A DNA stretch of 64,000 bases, from positions 130,803 through 194,802 of the forward strand of contig JAKMXF010000346.1 in assembly GCA_024704765.1 (NCBI GenBank), read 5' to 3'. This document shows positions 49,814 to 60,298 of this stretch, in pieces. This stretch comes from Oopsacas minuta. Taxonomy: Eukaryota; Animalia; Porifera. Position numbers and translations under genes: made by a program. Each line of letters opens with the position of its first letter. Within the stretch, counting starts at the first letter, position 1. The notes under the pieces were generated by a model. It saw nothing but the letters and a program-made list of their open reading frames with translations. It did no database searches and was not told the origin of the DNA.

Positions 49814-52108
49814 CACAACTCAACAGGATTTCTCATCAGAGATACATACATTTATCTTAGCATACTTTCGAATGCTGAACTGAATCTGCGATCAGAATTT
49901 CTCTAGCACGTCTAGTTATTCTGAAATCCAATATCCATTTTTTCAATAGTATGGTATTACCTAGTTACTAAATTGCTATATGAGCATGCCTATTTTGATT
50001 CAATTATCTGGAATATAAATGACTTTACTTATTTGAATTCAAGCAAATCAAATCAAATTATAAACATGCATCGTAATTGTAGAACTCATCCCGACAATTT
50101 CTGTTACGTTTGTGGTCTTTTTTGCGTAAAATCACAAAGACGACCAATCACGAATCAATTAAAGAACTTATACAAATTGTACTTCGAATGTCCACTTGGT
50201 GACCAAGACAAGTCGTGGGCACCACATGTTATATGCACTTCTTGTCAAGTGGACTACGTGATTGGTTGAACAAAAGGAAAGTTTCAATGCCATTTGCAAT
50301 ACCCATGGTCTGGAGGGAACAGAAAAATCACCTTGATGATTGTTACTTTTGCCCTATCGACATTACAGGATTCTCAGCCAAGAATAAGCACGCTCTTGTT
50401 CACCCAGACTTGGATTCTGCTCGCAGGCCAATTCCACACGACATCTCATTACCAATCCCAATTCCCAAGCCACAGCAAATTAAAATTGGGTCTGATATGG
50501 TGGAAGATGTTCATGCAGATTCTACAGATGCTAATTATGTTCCGGAAGATGAATTACTAGAGCCACAAACATTTACACAGGGAGAATTGAATGACCTGGT
50601 CAGGGATCTAGACTTATCTAAAGACAAAGATGAACTCCTTGCATCCAGGCTCAAACAGAAAAACCTACTCGACAAAGATGTCCTAGTATCCCACAATCGC
50701 AAGCGAAATTTCGATCTCGCTCAATACTACACCACTGATGGTCCACTGTGCAATTGTAATGATATCGAAGGACTCTATGCAAACGTATTACAAGAACATT
50801 CTACCTCTGATTGGCGCCTTTTCATCGACTCGTCAAAACGCAGTTTGAAAGTTGTTCTGGTGCATAACGGAAATCTAAAGCCTGGCGTTCCAATTGCTCA
50901 CTCCGTCTATCTCAGAGAAACCTTCGTCAATTTGCAGGAAGTTTTGGAGGCAATACAATATAGAACACATATATGGAATATCTGCGGTGATCTTAAGATA
51001 ATCGGGCTATTGATGGGCTTGCAACAAGGTTTTACAAAGTATTGTTGTTTCCTATGTCTATGGGACAGCCGAGCAACTGGTGAACATTATAAAAAATGTG
51101 ATTGGCCGAAGAGAACCTATGAAGTGGGGAAAACCAATTTACAGCATTCGCCATTGGTAGACCCAAACAAAGTTTTCTTACCCTCACTTCATATTAAACT
51201 TGGATTAATGAAAACATTCGTTAAACAATGGGCAAAACAAATTCAGCAGGATTTCTGCATTTGGTTGGCAAATTTCCGAAACTAAGCGAGGCAAAGTTAA
51301 AAGAGGGAGTATTTGTAGGACCACAAATCAGACAAGTATTCAGAGATCCAGATTTCGAGAAGACATTATCCGAATTAGAAATGTGTGCTTGGAATTCATT
51401 CAAATGGGTTTGTGAAAACCTTTTGGCTAACAAGAAGTCGTCCAACTACAGAGAAGGAGTGGAAACCTTGCTTAACGCATACGAGAAGATGGGCTGTCTC
51501 ATGTCGCTAAAACTTCACTTCTTGCGCTCTCACCTTGATTTTTCCCTGAGAACCTTGGTGCTGTAAGTGATGAACCCCTAGGGTGAGAGATTCCACCAAG
51601 ACATACAGGAGATGGGAACCCGATACAAAGGTTTCAGGAATGAGGGCATGATGTCCGATCACTGTTGGAGGCTCTTCAGAGATAATCCCAACAAGATATA
51701 TAAATAGAAGTCATACTCTCAACACTTTTAATTTAGTTAGCTACCTTTATACTTCTAGATGGATGTGTATTTCCCCTTAGTTTGTGAGTAGTTGATACAT
51801 GCATGAATGTGAATAATTATATGTAAGAGCTAGGATAATAACTGATATTACTTTGGCATTAATCTAAAACATCGAAACATTGATTTATTTCAGATGGCTA
51901 TCATGTAAGAAGACAAAAAGACAGCCACTACCATAAAATAACAGGAAAAATTTAGGAAATACATAAAAATCGTTGACTTGTAGATGGAAAAACCTGGACG
52001 TGCCGGAAAGAATCTGAAAGCAGATTTGAATTCAGCGTATAAAACTAGCTTAGAAAATGTCAATCTAATACTTGATGAGAAAATGAAGTTAAATTTTGTT
52101 GACCTGTG
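49814..52108 (+). mobile_element. Chapaev3-like transposon, copy B (inverted near-identical twin of copy A)
   Basis: Same termini and same translated ORF pieces as 37030-39329; >99% identical by manual comparison. Confidence 0.9.
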
Positions 52109-52799
52109 TAATTAATTTCATGAATTATAACTCGGCTTCTGATGGATTTTGGATAAGTGTTTTTGGTCACTAATGGATTGTATTTGTAAAGGGCTTTAAT
52201 TTCTGATATTTTTTGTTATTTGATGCTACCCATTGGGTAAATACTTATGGATTACACTTCTTTTTTGCGAAAAGTTTGATTTGAATGCAACTGAATTAGT
52301 TAGCCTAAATTTTTAACAATACAATGCCGGAATTTAATACTTTCCAATCCAAAATTTCGTGCAATTCCACTTGGTTCTACAGCAGAAACTGATACAGCAG
52401 AGAATAATATTACATTACTGCTAAATTTGCTACTTTTATCTCAAAGTGCACATGGCGGATGTTTTCGAACCTTATTGCTGGAATAAATGCAGTAACTGGG
52501 TGCATCCCCTCATTTTGGCCCCAAGATGTTTGCTGATATTGATTAATTTTTCTAGCTAGTTTATGAAGAAGAGTGTGAATTCAGAAACTGTTTATTGGAA
52601 GGCTATAGTGACTCTGAACGTTTAGTAGCATATAATTGTGATTCTTGTAAAGTAGTTGTGATGTCTGTTTCTGATAATTTGTTGAGGCAATTACTATGCG
52701 GATTGATTCCCTCCTAACTAATCTACTTTATTTTTGTCTATTTTGTATGCCATCCCTCGAAAATAATACAAGGGTTATTTACTGCTCTTAAACCAACGA

Positions 52800-54131
52800 G
52801 TGTGAAGTTAGCGCAAGATTTTCCTGAGCACACTTCAGTTGCAAATATGAAGCATTTCTCGTTTTTGGATTTTCATTTCAATTGGAGAACAAGTAGAAGG
52901 CATAGGGACGTTTATGAATATTAATACTCTTTTGAATTTTCGAATTTATTTTGCATTTTTTTGAGCATTACAAAATAATTCTTTTTCACATTTTTTTCGA
53001 AATCAAAATTTCAATTATCTGAACCTGTTTCAGAACATTGGACGTTTGTTATGTCAACATTTTGCAACATTTTGTTAACATTCCTGTCAGGTTTTCCAAG
53101 CTTTCACATTTTTTATGTTCACATACTACTATTTTTCATATACTTAGTTTTATTTAAATTTAATATGCAGAACAAGTAGAAGGCAGAAGGACGTTTATGA
53201 ATATATGAAATAATTTTGAATTTTGAAGATTATTTTGTAATATTTTTTATCATCATAAAGAACTTTTTCTGAACACTTTTCGAAATTCAAATTGCAACTA
53301 TCTGAGTATGATCACGAACTATGGGCGTTTGTTATTGAAAATTTTTGAATTGGTTGGCTTTCCTGTGTCCTGAGTGTAAGATACACACTCAAGAGATGTC
53401 TTCCTTATGTAACTTAATACAATTGTTTGAATTTGATATTTATGTCACATCATGTTCTAACACTCCAAACTAGTTAGATTTAGGCGTTACGAACATTCCC
53501 TATGACAATTTTGTTTGATATAACCCTCGCAATTCATCAATATCATAAATTATATTCTACTTCAATGTAACAAATACATCTTTTCAAATTCTTACTGCTC
53601 AACAGAAAGGAAGAGTCAATGGAAAAAAAGTACCTACTTGTACATATACTTTCATTGACTTTTCTTTATCTGCTGAGCAGTAATAATTTGAAACGATTTA
53701 TGTTGTTCCAGTGAAGCAGAATATAATTTGTGATATTTATGAGTTGTGAGGGTTATATACAATCAAAATTTGCACAGGGAATGTTGGTATCGCCTAAATC
53801 TAAGTAGTTTGGAATGTTAGAGAGCATCTTACACTCACGACACAGGAAAGTCAACAAATTCAAATTTTTGGCATAACAAACGTCTAATGTTCTGAATAAT
53901 GTCCAGATAGTTGAAATTTGAACTTCCAAAAAAGTGATAAGAAAGATTGTTTTTTGTGATGGTTATAATATTGTATAATTGTTTTTTTCAAAATTCAAAA
54001 TCTTTTTTTAATATTCATAACATCCCTATGCCTTCTACTTGTTCTCCAATTTTTTTCCAAATCCAACCACAAGAAGTGCATCAAATTTACAACTGAAGTT
54101 TGCTCAGTAAAATCTTGCGCTAACTTCACAC
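52800..54131. repeat. 1.33-kb diverged fold-back element with one-arm ~280-bp duplication
   Basis: Perfect terminal 23-bp IR GTGTGAAGTTAGCGCAAGATTTT. Inverted similarity continues to a centre near 53635. Block AGAACAAGTAGAAGGCA...ACGTTTATGAATAT occurs at 52887 and 53169, and inverted at ~54011-54048. No TSD. Confidence 0.85.
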
Positions 54132-54199
54132 AAGTCTCAAACCAAGCTACATGCAGCTTCTCCATTACAAATTATTTCTTTGATAGAAACTCTCAGCTA

Positions 54200-55507
54200 C
54201 AGGGTGGCTGCTAAGTTCTGATGCAAATAATTTTCTCCATTATATTTTTACAACTTGGAATATAATGTTAATATTGCATATACGACTATTTACTACTGTT
54301 ATGATTCAATTACTAAAATAGTTATTCTATATATCCTCCTTTTTTGGAAATTACAGCCTTGAGTCTGGTAGGGAAACTTTCCACTGCAGCAGGCACGGTT
54401 TCCGGGGTATTTTCTCCATTCGCGACATAAAGACTTTTCAGGGACTTTATAGTGCTGTGTGAAACCGAACAAGCCCTATTCTCCAAGATGGACCAAAGAG
54501 AATAGTCAATTGGATTTCTGTCAGGACTACATGGAGGCCCTTCTTCCTTTCGGATAAAATCGGGGATTTTGCCCTCTAACCAGTCCTGTGTGGTAATCGC
54601 CGTAGGAGCAGGAGCACCATCTTGTTGTAAAACAAATGGCTGTCCGGAAAGCATTGTCTGACTCAGGTCTTTACAACAGTCTCTAGGATCAAGTCCTTGT
54701 AGGTTTTCGCGTTGATTTTCACTCCAGCAGGTACGAAAATCAATGGCGTGCGGCCAACAGCAGAGACACCAGCCCAAATCATCACTGAGAGAGGTTTCAT
54801 TTTCCGACTGATGTACCTAAACTTATCGGGGATCTCTGAGATAGCTGTAGAGATCACACGATCATTTTGAACATTCGTAGCCTCAGCTATTGTGAAAATC
54901 ATTTCATATGTAAAGATGATATTTTCGAGTGCGCCGGTAGCGTGTCTTGCAAGTAATGCCTTGCTTCACAACAATCGTTTTGTCTTGACTAACTCTGAGA
55001 GGAAGTGTACTTTCTTTCTTTTAAAACAATGCATTTTCAAGTCATTGTGTACCACTTTTTGGACAGTTTGACGTGCAACTTTCAACTCCTTGCCCATTTT
55101 TCTCATGGATAACCATGGATTTCGCCGCCATCCGTTCTCTCACCCTCTTCTTGAGGTCTGCGGTTCTCACAGAACAAGGACAACCAGATTTTGGTTTGTC
55201 GTTCGTGTCCCCAGTTCATTGTAACGTTTTATTATCCTGTAGATGAATGCTCTCCGTCCTTTAGCAATATTTAACATGTTTAAAATCTCAGGAGGGTTTT
55301 TCCCGCCTTGTATAATTCAATAATTACTGAACTCTCATGACTCATGGTCAATAGTATAAATTTTTGTGAAAGATTTAGGTTAAATCGAATTTGAATGCAT
55401 TAAGAAGGTTATATGAAAAGTCCTAGATAGTCAAAATACTGTAAATGCATTACGATCAAGGTTATATTGGAATTGAATTTTGGTATCAGAACTTATCAGC
55501 CACACTG
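54200..55507 (-). mobile_element. DD37D Tc1/mariner element, decayed
   Basis: 23-bp TIR CAG(G/T)GTGGCTG(C/A)TAAGTTCTGAT with TA TSD. QQDGAPA...SPDRNPIDYSLW motifs. Confidence 0.9.
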
Positions 55508-56356
55508 TAAATATTTGTGAAATTAACAATAATAAACCATGTTTTTCTACATGTATATTCTGTGTGATCATGTTTACTTCGATACATGAAAATTGTATTT
55601 GTATATTATCTTAATGGGTGAAACTATTATGATAGTTCCATGCCGTTATCATAATTCTCAAGCTAGTTCTTAACATGAAATTTCCTTGCTATACCTCCTT
55701 AACTTATATAGGTTCTACTGTACCCAAACGTTCTTTTTCTATTACAAAACTGTGGTTGGGTGGAGCTTCATTCATTGCTACGCCTAACCTGCTACCAAAT
55801 ATTTGTGTATATATCTGAGCGTTTAGTACTAGATTTCAATTTTAGTATAATCATTGTAACTTTTCATGATGTGTATATTTGTATGCAAGACTGTGTGAAA
55901 TTGTGATGTCAGGAATTGGATCATATTAAAGTTGCTCTACAAATCAAATTTGAATAATCAAAACATCAATATTCACTGAGCAGTCTCGAATTTATGTGAA
56001 TTCGATTAGCCAAAAGGTGACAATTTATCTATCTTTGCGTACAAAGGTATGCGTTTTATCCAAGCCTCTGACATGCCTGCACTAGCATATCCATATAGCC
56101 CAGGGTTGAAAAAGAATGAAAATTTGTAGTCTCCTGCTTATGCTTGAAATTTCGTTTGATCGAATTTGTCAATTGTAATCCGTAACAGGGACTCAAATCT
56201 TATACTTTTATCTGTTGATATTTATGTCATCAATCATATTTTTTATTTCTAATCATTTTATTTGGTGTAAATATCACTCACTGGCTACACTTCCATGCTG
56301 TTTGCTAGAAATCCTTTCTTTTTGTTTGCCATTCTAAATATCTTCTCTTTATTTAG

Positions 56357-56849
56357 ACCTGATTTCCGTGGATTGGAATGCGCTCGAGTATTTTCTAATC
56401 AGGGAATTTCATGCTCTTACCAACTTCTTAGTGCTATGACTTTCGCTATTAAAGAATGTAGTTTAGTTCTAGTAAGCGTTGAAGGAATATTTTCTAATGG
56501 TGCTGTACTTGGAAATGTCGGAACTTCAATGATATGCCTTGTAGCCAAGATGTACAACGTTCCTATCATGGTTTGCTGTGAGAGTTTTAAATTTATTGAC
56601 CGAGTTCAAATTGATGCATTTGTTTATAATGAACTCGGAGATTCAGATGAAGTTTCTAGATTACCCGATGGCAGATTCGGTCCATTATACAAATGGAAGG
56701 ATATTGACGCACTGAGGATCCTAAATTTGAAATATGATATTACTCCTCCTGAACTAATTGATGTAATTGTTACTGAGAGTGGAATGATACCTTGTACATC
56801 CATACCAGTTATATTACGTTTACAAACTAGTATAGAGCGTTTCGATTGA
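56357..56849 (+). CDS. EIF2B4: eIF2B delta subunit, last coding exon
   Basis: TTTATTTAG acceptor completes the AGA codon (DSR|PDFRG). NVPIMVCCESFKFIDRVQIDAFVYNEL and LNLKYDITPPELIDVIVTESGMIPCTSIPVILR are diagnostic of the IF-2B delta C-terminus. Exons total 225+599+493=1317 nt = 438 aa + stop. Confidence 0.95.
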
Positions 56850-57091
56850 TCGAACTATCTCATTATTTAAGCAATTTTGGTTGTCTATTTTCTTGTATCC
56901 CACTTGTAGAATTAACTTATTAAATCAATTCATCATGTAATGCTCGTATTGTTGACTAATTGTCCATGTTCCGTGATTCTATTACAGCAAACAATTTTAC
57001 TTTTCTAACTACTATTTCGTGAATATTTGAATAGTTGACTCTAATGTAAATTTTCTTTGTGTCCAATTTGCACACAGTATTTTGTAATATA

Positions 57092-58427
57092 CTACGGGCG
57101 TTCAATAAGTAGTCGTTGTCACATTGTAATTCTAAATTTTTCTAGCATAATTGTGTATTCAGTGATGGAGTTTCTCAAAGTATTCCCTTTCGTGCTGTAA
57201 AACAAATTTCAGCCTTTTTATCCATCGAAAAATACTTTAAAGTAGTCTTCGGTTGGTACACCTTTCATATACTGGAAAATCGGCGATCCTATCTGAGCTC
57301 GACTCTCGAATTTCCTGCCTCATAGATGTTTCTTTAGCTTTGGAAACAACCAAAAGTCACAGGGAGTTAGATCTGGCGAGTAGGGAGGGTGATCTAGCTC
57401 CACAATCTTCATAGCTTCCTACTTTGCTCTAACCAGCTTTGTCTTGTGCGGTCGGGCGTTATCATGGAATATTTGCAATCCACGAGTTCCAGCCCTTGGC
57501 CGTCGATTTTAGGTAGAATTTTTCAAACTTTGTTAGACACTCATTGGTGTAGAAGGAGTTTGTTATTGTTTGATTTGGGGGACACGAATCTGGCACATTG
57601 TACCATTAGAATAAAAAAATATACGGTACATAACCTTCGGATCCCGAAAGTCATGTCGAGGGATCATTGGTGGGTCCTGTCATTTTGCCACCCATACTTT
57701 GTTTGCTTCTTTTGATAAAGGCTCAGAATAACGTACCCAAGTTTCGTCACCTGTTACTATCTCAAATACCCTCCTGGAGTCAGCTCGATCAAACTCAGAG
57801 AGCAATCTAGTAGCTTTTTGGACCCTCTGTGCTTTCTGGGCCTGAGTTAGTAAATGCGGCACCCATCAAGCACATATCTTTCGGAATTTCACATTATCAT
57901 GTACAATAGCTTGAGCAGTTCCCATTGGGATCCCAACCGCATCAGCTATCTCCACAAGAGTGATATGAGTGTCTTCTTCAAGTAACACGGATACCTCAAG
58001 GATATTTTTGTCACTGGCCCTGGAAACTGGTCTCCCTATTCTTGCCCCATCTTCAATGGACACTCTACCTTCACCAAAGCGTCTAGCCCAATCAACAACA
58101 GTGGAATATGGATGTACTGTATCCTTATAAACTTCCTCTAAATCTTTGTGGACATTTGTTGGTGAACTTTGAGCAGTGTTCTGATCTTCACATATGCTCT
58201 CTGCCTAATTTTGAAATCTGTACCTTTTGAAACCATTAAAAATGTTACTATAATGAACTGTCAAAATGTAAATAGGCACAATATTAGAACAAGACATCAG
58301 AATCAAAAAGCTTTGCATTATTGAATTCACAATGGATGGATTGTCATTAGAAAATTCAGTTTGATCTGGGTTGAAATATCCCGACTTACAAAATTTGGAA
58401 TAACGACTACTTATTGAACGCCCGTAG
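57092..58427 (-). mobile_element. mariner (DD34D) element
   Basis: Perfect 26-bp TIR CTACGGGCGTTCAATAAGTAGTCGTT with TA TSD. WVPHLLT-type, VTGDETW, HDNARPH and YSPDL remnants. Confidence 0.92.
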
Positions 58428-58502
58428 TATGTGTTTGTTGCCAAAATTAATGTTTTAGATATATATGAGTTGTTTCTCTGATTTTGCTATTAGTGTGGTC
58501 TA

Positions 58503-59802
58503 CAGGGTGACCCATAAATACTGTTACTCATTTTCCATGCCATAATTTAAATAATATTTTAGATGCAACTCAGAAATTTTCAAATTATTGCAATAATACA
58601 GCAAACTAAACAATATATTTACCATCACTCGAAAATATTACTTTTAGCTTTAATACACCTCTGTAGTCTAGCAATGAATGATTCTACGCTGGACCACACA
58701 TATTCTTGAGGTATTTTATCCCATTCTCGTAACAAAGCTTGTCTCAGATCCGCTAGAATTCGGTATTTTTTTGCAATTGACCCTTTCTTCCAATATTGAC
58801 CATATGGAGAAGTCAAGTGGGTTCTAATCTAGTGAGCAGGGCGGCCATTCTTCCGATGAGATGAATCCTGGAAAATTTGTTTTGCACCACTCTTTGGTGG
58901 CTCTTGCCCTGTGAGCTGGTGCTGAATCTTGCTGGAATATACTTGACCTTTTTGAAATGTTTCCGTCCCCAGGGCTTCAAAACCTTCTCGAGAATATCAT
59001 CACGATATACAGTCTGATTAATTTTGACCCCTTGGGGGACAAAAACTAAGGGCGTCCGACCTGTCGAAGTTACCCCTGCCCATACCATGACTGACATCGG
59101 TTTTTGAGTTCTAAAAACCCGAAAAGTATCTTGAGGGAGTGCATCCTTACTAAGAGCCAGAATTCTGTAGTTTTGCTTATTCAGGGACTGTTCAACCGTG
59201 AACAATTTTTCATCCGAGAAGATAATTTGTTTGTGTAGTCCGCCGGTGAAACGCAAAAGCATCGCTTTGCTTCTTAGTGGCCTCTTTTGTTTAGTTTGAG
59301 TCGTGAGAAGTTGGTGCTTTTGAATTTTATAGGCTTCCATTCCTATATCATGACGTGCTAGTCGCCTCATCGATTCCTTGCTGGTTTTCATTTGTTTTGC
59401 CATTTTTCGCATACTCCTGGCCGGATTTCGCCTGATCTGACGAATGACGTTCTTCCGCATAGCAACAGTCCTCACAGACCTCGGCCGTCCAGGCCTATGC
59501 TTATCAGTAATGCTTTTAGATCGGCGTAACGTTTTAGAGTACGAGAGATAGACATTTTGCCTTCCTTAAGCAAATAGGCAATCTGACTCCGAGACTTTCC
59601 AGAGGTAAATAACTCAATTACTGCTGCTCTTCTAGACTGCATGAGCGTAGAAATGTTTTCTTCCCAAAAACGCGTAAAATATATGCTAAATTAATAGAAT
59701 AATAGTAGATTAATAATTGTAAATCAAATTATCCACTATTCAAGTACTAGATTTAAAATGTGGGTCGTGTATAATTGGTAACAGCATTTATGGGTTACCC
59801 TG
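58503..59802 (-). mobile_element. DD37D-type Tc1/mariner element
   Basis: 25-bp TIR CAGGGT(G/A)ACCCATAAAT(A/G)CTGTTAC with TA TSD. FSDEKLFTVEQ, VMVWAGV and DFSIW remnants. Confidence 0.9.
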
Positions 59803-60298
59803 TAAATGTGTAACTATTTCGAAGCAGTCAACCTCAGTCAGAATTATTCAATGCATGTCTCTAGATCTTTGATGATTTCTATAATCTCTAAACACTTGGA
59901 TAATGTTATTTTGCTGTTTTGGCTCTTGATTTCGCAGTTGTCAGCTTTTAATATATTTAGATTTCGGTGTTTTATGAAATTTTGGCAAACGAGCGTATAC
60001 TAGTAACCACAAGGGACAGTCGTAACTTTTTTGGTTGATATGAAACAATTAACATTTATTTATCAGTGCTAATTCTTAATTTCTATACTCTTAGTTTTGT
60101 TATGTGAATTCACCGTGGTACATTCAATTATGTGGGTTCGATTTTTGTGACATCTAATTGTGTTATAGTCAATTTCTTCGACATCACCCTTCTTAAAATG
60201 GATATCTAATCCAAACGAGGGGGTCGAATTTAGAATAATACAATTTGAACTAAATGTCCTTGAATTTATCATGTCAGACTTTTATTAAAATAGTTTTA

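Noticed and set aside
15864-56356. Orientation bias of intronic TEs relative to EIF2B4
   Set aside because: Coding elements occur on both strands in similar numbers.
43341-56849. Two separate eIF2B-like genes (ORF-track 43341-43901 and 56295-56849)
   Set aside because: They are complementary halves joined in frame by a GT-AG intron; the ORF-track extensions are intronic sequence.
60069-60272. Possible host exon on the minus strand (67 aa)
   Set aside because: No recognisable domain or convincing splice signals.
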